Shown: piece after piece, positions 19,944-29,890 of the stretch | How the letters are laid out: each line of letters starts with the position of its first letter | Numbering within the stretch: the stretch's first letter is position 1 | Source of the DNA: Bacteroidetes bacterium HGW-Bacteroidetes-16 | GTDB taxonomy: Bacteria > Bacteroidota > Bacteroidia > Bacteroidales > F082 | DNA: 64,000 nt | Direction of reading: 5' to 3' | Assembly (NCBI GenBank): GCA_002840975.1 | Contig: PHDN01000015.1 | Coordinates: 35,192 to 99,191 of the forward strand | Program-made: the position numbers and the translations under genes | The notes under the pieces: model-generated | What the model was told of the DNA's origin: nothing | Seen by the model: the letters and a program-made list of their open reading frames with translations, nothing else | The model's database searches: none

Positions 19944-21251
19944 TTATTTCATCATCTTTTCATCCAGTTTATCCTGAACGAAGAAGGTGCTGACGGCTCC
20001 CAAAATCATCAGAACTCCTGCCATAACGATGGAGTAGATTGGATCACCCTTAAATGCGAAGGTCAGAATAAACCCGCCAAAAACACCATTTATTATCTGA
20101 GGGATGGTGATGGACATGTTAAATAGTCCCATGAAAACCCCCATCTGTTTGGGAGGGATTGAGTTGGCAAGCATGGCGTACGGCATCGACAGGATACTTC
20201 CCCAAGCAATGCCGATTCCGATCATGGGTATAATCAAATATACAGGATCGGTAAAAAACAAGAAGGAGATAAACGAAATTCCTCCCAACGTAAGAGCCAA
20301 TGCGTGTGTGGTTCTTCTTCCGAGTTTTTTGGCCATTTTGGGTAACGAAAGAGCTATAATAGCAGAAACTCCATTATAAATCCCAAATAAAATTCCAACC
20401 CAGTTACCTGCTTCCTGATAGGCTTTCGAGGCTGGATCGATGGTGTCGTAAAAATGTCTGGCAACAGCCGGAGTGGTATAAACCCACATGCTGAACAGCG
20501 CGAACCAGGAAAAAAACTGAACCAACAGAAGCTGCCACATGGTTTTAGGAATGGTAAACTTTGCTTTTGTTTTTTCTTCAGTTGCTTCATTTTCATAAAA
20601 CTCTGGAGGGTATTCGTTGGTGGTACCAACCGTCCAGATGATGGATGAGATAAGAACCGCTGCACCGATATAGAACGACCACACCACATTGGGTGGAACC
20701 AATCCCGCTGTAGCGGATTCGGTAGGAATACCTGCCCAATTCCCAAGGATGTATGGGAGCCAGGAACCAACAACAGCACCAATACCAATCAACAGCGTTT
20801 GCATCGAAAATCCCAATGCATGTTGTTCTTCAGGTAATTTATCGGCTACCAAAGCCCGAAATGGTTCCATGGAAATGTTGATGGAGGCATCCATGATCAT
20901 CAACAGGCCACCTCCAACAAACATGGGCGAAATCCACGAAGCAAGGTGTGGTGCATTGGGCATTAAAATCAAAGCAATACTGGTCAGAATGGCCCCTGCC
21001 AGAAAATAGGGCCTGCGCCTTCCAAATTTATTCCAGGTTTTGTCGCTGAAATATCCGATAATGGGTTGGACGATCATCCCGGTAAGGGGTGCAACAAGCC
21101 AAAACCAATTGAGGTGTTCCACATCAGCACCAAATGTTTGCAAGATGCGCGAGGCATTCGCGTTCTGCAAAGCAAATCCAAACTGAATTCCCAGAAAGCC
21201 GAAACTCATGTTCCATATCTGCCAAAACGATAACCGGGGTTTATTAATCAT
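19944..21251 (-). CDS. GPH-family (glycoside-pentoside-hexuronide / SLC45-like) sugar:cation symporter, probable maltose/alpha-glucoside transporter
   Basis: 435 aa, 12 TM. N-terminal signature FGFLGIQFGFALQNANASRILQTFG....GYFSDKTWNKFGRRRPY. Sits upstream of the phosphorylase gene on the same strand. Confidence 0.8.
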   Translation of the reverse strand: MINKPRLSFWQIWNMSFGFLGIQFGFALQNANASRILQTFGADVEHLNWFWLVAPLTGMIVQPIIGYFSDKTWNKFGRRRPYFLAGAILTSIALILMPNAPHLASWISPMFVGGGLLMIMDASINISMEPFRALVADKLPEEQHALGFSMQTLLIGIGAVVGSWLPYILGNWAGIPTESATAGLVPPNVVWSFYIGAAVLISSIIWTVGTTNEYPPEFYENEATEEKTKAKFTIPKTMWQLLLVQFFSWFALFSMWVYTTPAVARHFYDTIDPASKAYQEAGNWVGILFGIYNGVSAIIALSLPKMAKKLGRRTTHALALTLGGISFISFLFFTDPVYLIIPMIGIGIAWGSILSMPYAMLANSIPPKQMGVFMGLFNMSITIPQIINGVFGGFILTFAFKGDPIYSIVMAGVLMILGAVSTFFVQDKLDEKMMK

Positions 21252-21525
21252 GGTATTTTTTTTTAAAGCTCCGAAATTAGGAAAAGGAAGTCAACTTTTG
21301 CTACATCGTACTGCTTTTTTTTGCTAAAGGTTTTTTTGAGGAGGTTGACCATTTTTTTTGTAGGCACGGATGAAAGGTTCTGAGGATATAAGTAGTTTTA
21401 TACCAATGATATACTTCGTTTCTGGATAACGAATGTTGGTTAATCGGAATGAAACCGTATTTTTGCATCCGGGTGAAATTTATTGCAAAAAACCCATCGA
21501 TTTCATTATTCAACTTTTATCTTGC

Positions 21526-21903
21526 ATGGAAACGAACGGTAATACATTTAAAAAAGCGGAGCGGCTTCACAGCGTTACGCTGATAAGCAGTTTGTTTGAA
21601 CATGGCAAGTCGATGTTTGTATATCCGTTTAAAGTGGTGTTTTGGGAGACCTCGGAGGTTGTTTTCCCACCTGTTCAGATTTTGGTGGTGGTTCCAAAAA
21701 GGACTTTTAAACATGCGGTCGATAGGAATCGTATAAAACGACTCATTCGTGAAGCTTATCGTACCAATAAACAGCTGCTTTGGGAAAAACGGAGTAAAGA
21801 CGCACAACAACTGCTTATTGGATTCGTTTACGTGGGTAAAACTATTCTGTCGTATGCAGAAATAGAAAAGAAATTAATCCTAGTTTTGCACAGATTATCT
21901 TAA
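21526..21903 (+). CDS. rnpA: Ribonuclease P protein component
   Basis: Starts at [14 protein letters not shown]. RnpA motif [15 protein letters not shown]. Immediately followed by yidD as in the canonical rnpA-yidD arrangement. ORF 21433..21903 begins 93 nt upstream at the first in-frame ATG. Confidence 0.85.
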   Translation: METNGNTFKKAERLHSVTLISSLFEHGKSMFVYPFKVVFWETSEVVFPPVQILVVVPKRTFKHAVDRNRIKRLIREAYRTNKQLLWEKRSKDAQQLLIGFVYVGKTILSYAEIEKKLILVLHRLS

Positions 21904-21907
21904 AAGG

Positions 21908-22129
21908 ATGAAGAAATTATTGGCAGATTTTTTTATATTGTTGATTCGGGTTTACCAATATACTTTGTCCCCATTTCTTGGCAGATCGTGCCGTTATACC
22001 CCAACCTGCTCCAGTTTTAGCGTTGAAGCACTTAAAAAGCATGGTCCTTTTACAGGAGGTTGGCTCGCGTTAAAACGAATTGCCTCGTGTAACCCATGGG
22101 GTGGAAGTGGCTACGATCCTGTACCTTAA
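21908..22129 (+). CDS. yidD: Membrane protein insertion efficiency factor YidD
   Basis: 73 aa with [31 protein letters not shown], the conserved YidD core. Confidence 0.85.
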   Translation: MKKLLADFFILLIRVYQYTLSPFLGRSCRYTPTCSSFSVEALKKHGPFTGGWLALKRIASCNPWGGSGYDPVP

Positions 22130-22141
22130 ACTATTAAAAGT

Positions 22142-23833
22142 ATGAAAACATTCCTCAGATTACAATATGCGTTGATCATCTTCCTGTTTTTGGCCACTAT
22201 TCAGGTAGGTGCTCAGGAGAAGAATAATTTCGAGCTCTCGAAAAACCTGGAGATCTATGCTGACCTTTTGCGCCAGTTGAATTTAAACTATGCCGATGAC
22301 ATCAAACCGGGCGAATTAAACACGACGGCCATTAATGCGATGCTCGAAAAACTCGACCCGTATACGGTTTATGTGCCTGAGTCGAAACGCGAAGATTTCG
22401 AACTAATGACAAAAGGCGAATATGGCGGTATCGGAGCGCTCATTCAACAACAAGGTGATTATGTAATTATTACCGAACCTTATGAGGAATTTCCCGCTCA
22501 AAAAGCAGGCCTTAGAGCAGGTGACCAAATCATGAGCATCGATGGAGAATCTGCCAAAGGTAAAACCACCACCGAGGTAAGTGACAAACTGAAAGGTGTT
22601 CCGGGTTCAGAATGCATCCTGCTTATTAAACGGTATGGCGATTCATTAACGAGCAAAGTCACCATCTTACGCGAAAAGATAAAAATCCCCAATATTCCTT
22701 ACAGTGGATTTGTTAGCCAAGGTGTTGGATATATAAGCCTCTCCCAGTTTAATCCCAATTCGGCCCAGGAGGTAAGGAATGCCTTCTCCCAACTGGCAAC
22801 TGATCAACCTTTAAAAGGCTTGATTATTGACCTGCGTGGGAATGGTGGCGGATTGTTAAATGAAGCAGTTGACATTGTCAACATTTTTGTGCCTAAGAAT
22901 GAACTCGTTGTAACAACCAAAGGAAAAACCAAGGCAAGCATTCAAACACATGTTACCCGAAATAAGGAAATTGATGGAAGTATACCATTGGTGATTATGG
23001 TAGATAACAACAGTGCCTCTGCTTCCGAAATCGTTGCTGGTGCCATTCAGGATTTAGATCGCGGGGTCATCATCGGCGAACGTACTTATGGAAAAGGCCT
23101 CGTTCAAAACATTGTGCCATTGCCCTATAATTCCAAAGTAAAAATTACCGTGGCTAAATATTATATACCTAGCGGGCGGTGCATTCAGGCCATCGACTAT
23201 TTCCAGCAAGACGGGCCAATGGCTGTGGCAAAAGCCCCTGATTCGCTTATTTCAGCATTTAAAACCCGCAAGGGACGAACTGTTTACGATGGTGGAGGTA
23301 TTACCCCCGATGTAAATGTCGAGAGCAGAATTTTTAACCAGATTAGTGGAGATTTATATTCACAAAATTATATTTTCAGGTTTGTAAATGATTTTGTATT
23401 AAAACACGATAGCATCGCGTCAATTGATCAATTTCAGGTGACTGATTCCCTTTTCGACGCGTTTAAATCCTTTGTTTCTCTCCAGTCGTTTGACTATAAA
23501 ACCGAAACTGAATCGCTGCTATCACGGATCGAATCCAGTTCAACACGGGAATCTTATCATGCCGCCATTGGCGACCAACTCGGTGTTATTAAGGAACTGA
23601 TCAAAGAGGAAAAGAAAAAGGACATTGACAAACACAGGTCTGAAATTGAAGAAATGATCAGGGTTGAGATTATTACGCGTTATTATTATCAAAAAGGCAA
23701 AATAAAGGCCGCCTTGCAAAGCGATCCCGAGATCAGGGATGCCATCGAACTACTTGAAAATAAGAATCAGTACGATTCCGTTCTGAATGGAACCTACATA
23801 GCCAAAATAGCTGACACCACCCATTTAGAATAA
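22142..23833 (+). CDS. S41 family C-terminal processing (tail-specific) peptidase with PDZ domain
   Basis: 563 aa. Signal peptide. PDZ region (GIGALIQQQGDYVIITEPYEEFPAQKAGLRAGDQIMSIDGES). S41 catalytic region (LIIDLRGNGGG...MVDNNSASASEIVAGA). Confidence 0.85.
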   Translation: MKTFLRLQYALIIFLFLATIQVGAQEKNNFELSKNLEIYADLLRQLNLNYADDIKPGELNTTAINAMLEKLDPYTVYVPESKREDFELMTKGEYGGIGALIQQQGDYVIITEPYEEFPAQKAGLRAGDQIMSIDGESAKGKTTTEVSDKLKGVPGSECILLIKRYGDSLTSKVTILREKIKIPNIPYSGFVSQGVGYISLSQFNPNSAQEVRNAFSQLATDQPLKGLIIDLRGNGGGLLNEAVDIVNIFVPKNELVVTTKGKTKASIQTHVTRNKEIDGSIPLVIMVDNNSASASEIVAGAIQDLDRGVIIGERTYGKGLVQNIVPLPYNSKVKITVAKYYIPSGRCIQAIDYFQQDGPMAVAKAPDSLISAFKTRKGRTVYDGGGITPDVNVESRIFNQISGDLYSQNYIFRFVNDFVLKHDSIASIDQFQVTDSLFDAFKSFVSLQSFDYKTETESLLSRIESSSTRESYHAAIGDQLGVIKELIKEEKKKDIDKHRSEIEEMIRVEIITRYYYQKGKIKAALQSDPEIRDAIELLENKNQYDSVLNGTYIAKIADTTHLE

Positions 23834-23843
23834 GTCAGAAAAC

Positions 23844-25523
23844 ATGAACTCGGGAACAAACATTCATTCGATGTCCTATTTCGTGGCCCTGGTATTGCTC
23901 GCAATGAGCATACCCTTATCGAAATATGCCATGAGCGTGAGCGAGTTTGCTCTTTTTGGACTGTGGATTTGGTCTGGTTTTTCGTTTCAAATTGCTTTCC
24001 GGTTTTTCAAATTTAGTGGCCCCATAAGGGGATTTTTTCATTTTATTCATTACCTGTATAGCCTTACAGTCGACAATTTAGCTGAAAAACTGGGCTTGTT
24101 TTTCCGTAATCCTGCGGCTGTAGTATTGGTTTCAATTTACCTTCTGCATATTATCGGCTTGTTGCATACTCAAAATTTTGATTATGCCTTGAAGGATTTA
24201 CGTGTAAAGCTTCCTTTGTTGATACTTCCGGTGGTCATATCAACCATGAACCCATTGCCGTTTCATCGTTTTAGGTTATTGTTGATGTTTTACCTGGCCG
24301 CTATTTTTGCAGGGACTATGGTTAGCGGTGGATTATTGATCACCGGAAATTTCACGGATATCAGAGAAATTTCACCCTTTATCTCACCTATAAGGTTTGG
24401 ACTAAATGTTAGCTTTGGCATTTTTATCCTGATATATTTCGCATTCCACGATCAGCGATTCAAACTTTGGCAACGAGCTTTATTTGTATTGCTGATTGGT
24501 TGGTTTATCACCATCCTGTTTTTACTCGAGTCGGTTACAGGTACATTGATTCTGGTGGCTGGCAGTATCGGCTATTTGATCTGGCTCTTATTAAAAATCA
24601 GGTTTCGTCTGTTACGTATGGCCATCATTGGGATCACCATCGCTATTCCCTTGTTGTTCATTTTCGAAGTTTGGCGTACAGTTGTTGAAGCCACCACTCC
24701 CCCTGCAACTAATTTTTCGACGCTCGATAAAGTGACCAGACTTGGAAATCCATACCAGCATGATACAACAAGAAGCCAGGTTGAGGACGGAAAATATGTT
24801 GGGTTGTACGTGTGTACAATGGAACTTGAAGAGGCTTGGGATCAAAGAAGCAACATTGACTATGGAGGTGTAACAAAAGAAGGATATTCTGTTGAAGCTA
24901 CCTTGATCAGGTACCTGACTTCAAAAAACCTGAGAAAAGATGCCGATGGCGTAAATGCATTAACTGACTGGGATATAAAAACCATTGAACAGGGCATTGC
25001 CAATATAAACTACATTAAGTCACCTGGTTTAAGAGTTCGCATTTTAAAGATGCTGAAAGGATACGATGTTTATCAAAAAACAGGAAATCCCAGTGGAAGT
25101 AGTTCGATGCAACGTATTGAATACATCAGGGCTTCTATTGGAATTATCGGGAACAACCTCATATATGGTGTGGGGACGGGTGACCTGGAGGATGCCTTCA
25201 ACACCCAGTATGAAGAAATGAATACTCCACTTGAGCGACAATACCGCTATCATGCCCATAACCAGTTTTTAGGTATCGCTGTGGCTTATGGTCTATTGGG
25301 TTTGCTGTGGTTTTTGTTTGCACTGATATATCCAGGAATAAAATTGCGGGCTTTTCACGATTATTTCTTTAATTCCTTTTTTCTGATCCTCATCATTTCG
25401 ATGTTGTCGGATGACACCTTTGAAACGCAGGCCGGAGCAACACTGTTTGCTTTCTTTTTTTCATTGTTGCTTTTTGGCAGAAAACGTAATACAAGTACCT
25501 GGCAGCTTGGAAATCAGGAATAA
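23844..25523 (+). CDS. Polytopic membrane protein of the O-antigen ligase (Wzy_C/WaaL-like) family
   Basis: 559 aa with more than 10 TM segments. C-terminal Wzy_C-like motif YHAHNQFLGIAVAYGLLGLLWF. Large hydrophilic loop between TM blocks. Confidence 0.55.
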   Translation: MNSGTNIHSMSYFVALVLLAMSIPLSKYAMSVSEFALFGLWIWSGFSFQIAFRFFKFSGPIRGFFHFIHYLYSLTVDNLAEKLGLFFRNPAAVVLVSIYLLHIIGLLHTQNFDYALKDLRVKLPLLILPVVISTMNPLPFHRFRLLLMFYLAAIFAGTMVSGGLLITGNFTDIREISPFISPIRFGLNVSFGIFILIYFAFHDQRFKLWQRALFVLLIGWFITILFLLESVTGTLILVAGSIGYLIWLLLKIRFRLLRMAIIGITIAIPLLFIFEVWRTVVEATTPPATNFSTLDKVTRLGNPYQHDTTRSQVEDGKYVGLYVCTMELEEAWDQRSNIDYGGVTKEGYSVEATLIRYLTSKNLRKDADGVNALTDWDIKTIEQGIANINYIKSPGLRVRILKMLKGYDVYQKTGNPSGSSSMQRIEYIRASIGIIGNNLIYGVGTGDLEDAFNTQYEEMNTPLERQYRYHAHNQFLGIAVAYGLLGLLWFLFALIYPGIKLRAFHDYFFNSFFLILIISMLSDDTFETQAGATLFAFFFSLLLFGRKRNTSTWQLGNQE

Positions 25524-25552
25524 AATGTAATTTAGCGTTAAATCTAAAAACG

Positions 25553-26050
25553 ATGGAAGTAAAATTAATTACTTTGAAGATTGAAGAATATGGTGACGGG
25601 GAAGATTTGCCTAAAAGCGACCGAGCATTGCTAAATAAGGCAAAGGAAGCACTTGAAGGTTCTTACGCGCCCTATTCAGAGTTTCATGTTGGCGCTGCTG
25701 CTTTGCTTGCTAATGGAGAAATCGTAATGGGTGGCAATCAGGAAAATGCTGCTTATCCCTCCGGGATGTGCGCCGAACGCGTGGCTCTTTTTCATGCACA
25801 ATCCTCATTTCCGGGCGTACCGGTTGTTTCCGTCGCCCTTACCGCGCAATGCGATCGTTTTGTAACAACGCATCCTGTAACGCCGTGTGGTGCATGTCGT
25901 CAGGTGATGGCTGAGGTTGAAAAAAAACAGGAACAAATGATCAGAATTGTGATGCAAGGCGAGGAAGGAATTACCCAGGCTGTGAATGGTATCGACCAGC
26001 TGCTTCCACTACTCTTTCATGAAGAAAAGCTTAAAAAATCAAAATCCTGA
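25553..26050 (+). CDS. cdd: Cytidine deaminase
   Basis: 165 aa. Zinc ligand motifs CAERVALFHA and PCGACRQVMAE. Confidence 0.85.
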   Translation: MEVKLITLKIEEYGDGEDLPKSDRALLNKAKEALEGSYAPYSEFHVGAAALLANGEIVMGGNQENAAYPSGMCAERVALFHAQSSFPGVPVVSVALTAQCDRFVTTHPVTPCGACRQVMAEVEKKQEQMIRIVMQGEEGITQAVNGIDQLLPLLFHEEKLKKSKS

Positions 26051-26111
26051 GTTATCCCTATTTACTAACACACCCAATATTTATTATAGAAACTGTATTA
26101 ATCTTCCACAC

Positions 26112-26975
26112 ATGAAAAAACTAATTGTTATCACACTGACTTTGTTTACACTCGTTTCTTTTAAACCCGACAAACCCGCCTACAGGCTGTTAGATGCTGA
26201 AGGCAAACAGGTAAAATATGAAAAAATGCTGGATGCTCTCCAGGAGGCAGATGTTGTGTTTTTTGGTGAACAGCACGATAATCCCATCGCACATTGGTTA
26301 CAATTGGAAATAACAAAGGATTTATATGTTCGTAAAGACGGGAAAATCATTCTGGGTGCAGAAATGTTTGAGGCAGACAATCAACTGATCTTAAATGAAT
26401 ATATGGAAGGAAAAATAACCGCAAGCAGCTTCGAAAAAGAAGCCCGCCTTTGGCCCAACTATAAAACCGATTACAAACCCCTGGTACAATTTGCCAAGGA
26501 CAGCGGCTTGTACTTTGTGGCCACCAATGTCCCAAGGCGTTATGCATCAGTAGTTTATAAACAAGGCCTGGATACACTTCAGTATTTTTCTGCCGAAGCA
26601 CGGGCGTATATGGCTCCGCTCCCCATTGCTTACGATTCTACGGTCAGCTGTTATGCTGACCTGATGACCGAAATGAAGGCCCAGGGGCATTCCAATGCCA
26701 ACCTTCCTAAATCGCAGGCCTTAAAAGATGCTACCATGGCGTATCAGATTTCATTGAATAAACCGGATGATCAATTGTTTATCCATTACAATGGAAGCTA
26801 TCATTCTGATAATAAAGAAAGTATTATCTGGCACCTGAACCGATACAAACCAGGGTTGAAGATTGTAACCATCACCACCGTGCTGCAAAAGGACATTGAC
26901 ACACTTAGCGTGGAGAACCAGCATCTGGCTGACTTTATCGTGTTGGTTCCGGAAGATATGACCAGAACAAATTAG
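26112..26975 (+). CDS. ChaN-family (Tiki/TraB/PrgY superfamily) lipoprotein
   Basis: Start at MKKLIVITLTLFTLVSF, a signal peptide. VVFFGEQHDNPIAHWLQLEI matches the ChaN GEQHD motif. ORF 25986..26975 begins 126 nt upstream and overlaps cdd; the upstream start is unlikely. Confidence 0.65.
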   Translation: MKKLIVITLTLFTLVSFKPDKPAYRLLDAEGKQVKYEKMLDALQEADVVFFGEQHDNPIAHWLQLEITKDLYVRKDGKIILGAEMFEADNQLILNEYMEGKITASSFEKEARLWPNYKTDYKPLVQFAKDSGLYFVATNVPRRYASVVYKQGLDTLQYFSAEARAYMAPLPIAYDSTVSCYADLMTEMKAQGHSNANLPKSQALKDATMAYQISLNKPDDQLFIHYNGSYHSDNKESIIWHLNRYKPGLKIVTITTVLQKDIDTLSVENQHLADFIVLVPEDMTRTN

Positions 26976-27026
26976 CTTATCGTGCGATTGGTCCTTTCTG
27001 GTTAAACAGGATTTCTTGCATACGAA

Positions 27027-28007
27027 TTATTTCTTCATCCACCTGCTCTCCATCCACACATTCTGTTGTTTGGGTGTGAGAAAGGTCCACGCTACTATTC
27101 TGCTGGTTTTGTTTCCTTGTCCCATTTCGATGGTATGTACCTCAATGGCTTCGGCTTGATTCAGCGCGCCATAAACTGCCCTGAGATTCGACTTCTTGGA
27201 GATCAGTGTGGAAAACAAAAAGCAGGAAGAGGCAAATTTCCTGCTCTGTCTGATCATGGTGCGTACAAACCTGATTTCACCCCCTTCGCACCACAACTCG
27301 GAGTTCTTACCTCCAAAATTGAGGGTGGGCTTCGTAATCCGTTGCTGACTCAGGTTGCTTAATTTCCGCAACGTTCCGGCTTGCGCTTCGGCTGCCGAAG
27401 CATGAAAAGGGGGATTGCAAATGGTTAAATCGAAATGTTCGTCCGGCTGAATAATTCCTCTGAAAATGTCCATTGCATCGGTCTGTAGCCGCAAGTCTAT
27501 TTTTCCTTTTAATACAGCATTCGATTGGATGATTTTGTCCGCAGATTGTAAGGCCACCTGATCGGTTTCTGTTCCGGTAAACGTCCAACCATATTCGTTG
27601 ATTCCGATGATGGGATAGATACAACTGGCCCCGACGCCCACATCCAGACAATGAATCGACTGGCCGATCGGAATTTTGCCATGGTTGTAGGTTGCCAGTA
27701 ACTCAGCAATATGATGGATGTAATCGGCCCTTCCGGGGATTGGCGGACATAAATAGTGCGCAGGAATATCCCAGTCGGTCAGGTTGTAATAGTATATAAG
27801 CAAAGCCTTGTTCAGCATTTTTACGGCATCCGGGTTCGAAAAATCAATTGAAAGATCGTTGTACGCATTGTTCCTGACAAAGGGCGCTAAATCCGGGTTA
27901 CGCTCAATTAATAGCTTAAAATCGTAACGCCCGAGGTGCTTACTGCGGGGGTGGATTTTTGGCTTTACAGCGGGATGTTCTATTTTCTTATTCACCATCG
28001 AAATCAT
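27027..28007 (-). CDS. rlmF: 23S rRNA (adenine1618-N6)-methyltransferase RlmF
   Basis: 326 aa. SAM-binding motif LDVGVGASCIYPIIG and catalytic NPPFH motif. Confidence 0.85.
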   Translation of the reverse strand: MISMVNKKIEHPAVKPKIHPRSKHLGRYDFKLLIERNPDLAPFVRNNAYNDLSIDFSNPDAVKMLNKALLIYYYNLTDWDIPAHYLCPPIPGRADYIHHIAELLATYNHGKIPIGQSIHCLDVGVGASCIYPIIGINEYGWTFTGTETDQVALQSADKIIQSNAVLKGKIDLRLQTDAMDIFRGIIQPDEHFDLTICNPPFHASAAEAQAGTLRKLSNLSQQRITKPTLNFGGKNSELWCEGGEIRFVRTMIRQSRKFASSCFLFSTLISKKSNLRAVYGALNQAEAIEVHTIEMGQGNKTSRIVAWTFLTPKQQNVWMESRWMKK

Positions 28008-28273
28008 GTCCGTAGATTAATCGTTTCAATTTGATTACCCAAGAAGTTTGCTTACCTTAGCTACTTTGTGTTGAATGCAAAAGTAATATAGTTTTTTAGT
28101 CGGGTTGTTTTAATAGCATGTGAGATACATAAGTTCAGACTATTTGCTTCCCCCAAACTAAGCATAGTGGCACCTGTCTGCGTTAGTATGAAACTAATTT
28201 TGAAATCACCATAAGAAATCAAACGCCTGACAAAAACAAACCCGACCAACTCATGTTGCCGGATGAAGTGATA

Positions 28274-28785
28274 ATGAGCAATATCTATTTTATCAGGGGT
28301 CAAAAGGTGATGGTAGACCGTGATTTGGCAGAACTTTGTGAAGTTGAAACCAAAGCATTGAAACAAGCTGTAAAACGTAATCCGGAGATATTCCCCGAAC
28401 ATTTTATGTTTGAACTTACGAAAGTAGAGTTTAATAACTTGAGGTCACAAACTGTTACCTCAAGTTGGGGTGGTCAACGTTATTTGCCTAATGTGTTTAC
28501 TGAGCATGGAGTGTTTCAACTCTCAAATGTTTTAAGAAGTAAGAGAGCCAGACAGATGAGTATCAGAATTATCGAGGTTTTTGTAAAGATGCGCGAAATA
28601 CTCACAGATAATTTAAGTGTGAGGCTTGATATAGAAGAAATAAAAAAGAAGCTTGAAAACCGGACAAAAACATAGCGCTGGTATTTAGCTACCTCGATGA
28701 ACTCATTGAAAAACAGGAAAACCGTCAGCCCAGAAAACGAATTGGTTATAGGAGAAAAGGAGAAGAACAACCTTCTCCAAACTAA
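28274..28785 (+). pseudogene. ORF6N (KilA-N-like DNA-binding) domain gene disrupted by a 1-nt frameshift near 28655-28665
   Basis: N-terminus MSNIYFIRGQKVMVDRDLAELCEVETKALKQAVKRNPEIFPEHFMFELTKVEF is a typical ORF6N domain. The frame stops at 28675 after LENRTKT. A different frame (codons starting 28678) continues LVFSYLDELIEKQENRQPRKRIGYRRKGEEQPSPN, the usual ORF6N C-terminus, and the intermediate frame reads DKNIALVF across the junction. Confidence 0.6.
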
Positions 28786-29111
28786 GCGTAGTTTGAAAAA
28801 ATATAACGAACACTAAGCTCTGATTCATGCCTGAGAGACAAGTAAAATTATGCTGAGGGGGGAGCGAAAAGTTATTTCCGGCTCTGTCCGCGTAAGATTA
28901 TATATCTTAACTTTGCCTAAATCTAGTCCAAGGATTGGGCGTGAAGTATTGGCAAACGAATGAATCATATTAAATAAAACCAATGAAAACAACCTGCTTA
29001 ATAAAACATCAGTTTTGAGGCCTGTTGCTTCGACTTGCATTTCTTTGAGATTATGGACAAAATCCTCCTCCCTGTATTCAAACCAGTATATAATAAAAAA
29101 AAAAGAAACAT

Positions 29112-29843
29112 ATGAAACAAATCATCACTTTCATCTTTATTTTAAGTTTGACTCAAATGGTGGCTCAAAAGGATAAAGACTACATCTTAACATCGGATTT
29201 CGGCTACTTTTACCAGTATAAAGATCTTGCTGACGCTTCATACAATGCTACGGGATTAAAAAACTTCGGAGAAAAGTATAATGCATTGACCTTTAATTTT
29301 TCGGCAGGAAAAAAGTTAAGAAACCATTTCTATTATGGAGTAGGAATATGTTATAGTTATGATCATGAGGAAATCAATCCTGATTCCGATACTCCTAAAG
29401 CAAGCGGATCGTCGGGTTACGGAACCACAATAGGTTTTGTGAATAAGAATAAAATTCAGAATGGTATTAGTCCGCTTATTTTTATCCAATATTTTGCCGA
29501 TGTATCAAACAGGATAGCCTTTGCAACCGATTTCTACATGAAATACACTTTTAATAAAACCAAAACGAGTAGCATATATTATCAACCCGGTAGCGGGGTA
29601 GGCAATTATATAAAAGGTAATGAAAATACCAGATTGACCAAGAAACAATACATAAGCTTTGGGTTACAACCTATGTTAAGATTCAATATTTCAAAGTGCG
29701 TGGGCATGGAATTCCGATTTGGATTAATTGAATACGCACAGAAAACCAAAGACGATGGCGAGCCGGTTGATAGAAAGACAAATGGCTTAGAGATTGGTTT
29801 TAAGCCTGAAAACTGGTTACTTGGTTGCTATTTCAGACTCTAA
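29112..29843 (+). CDS. Secreted hypothetical protein, probable small outer-membrane beta-barrel; tandem paralog 1
   Basis: 243 aa. Signal peptide. Alternating hydrophobic pattern. Ends GFKPENWLLGCYFRL. About 45% identical to the downstream gene. Confidence 0.5.
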   Translation: MKQIITFIFILSLTQMVAQKDKDYILTSDFGYFYQYKDLADASYNATGLKNFGEKYNALTFNFSAGKKLRNHFYYGVGICYSYDHEEINPDSDTPKASGSSGYGTTIGFVNKNKIQNGISPLIFIQYFADVSNRIAFATDFYMKYTFNKTKTSSIYYQPGSGVGNYIKGNENTRLTKKQYISFGLQPMLRFNISKCVGMEFRFGLIEYAQKTKDDGEPVDRKTNGLEIGFKPENWLLGCYFRL

Positions 29844-29890
29844 ATTAATTCACAACACATGCTATACCCGATCAGTTCTCTGAATAATCA

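Noticed and set aside
21301-21513. 70-aa minus-strand ORF in the MFS/rnpA divergent promoter region
   Set aside because: It is short, overlaps the likely rnpA upstream region, and has no homology signal. The region is more plausibly promoter DNA.
28061-28402. 113-aa minus-strand ORF overlapping the ORF6N gene start
   Set aside because: It overlaps a homology-supported gene on the opposite strand, has no recognisable motif, and is AT-rich with irregular codon usage.
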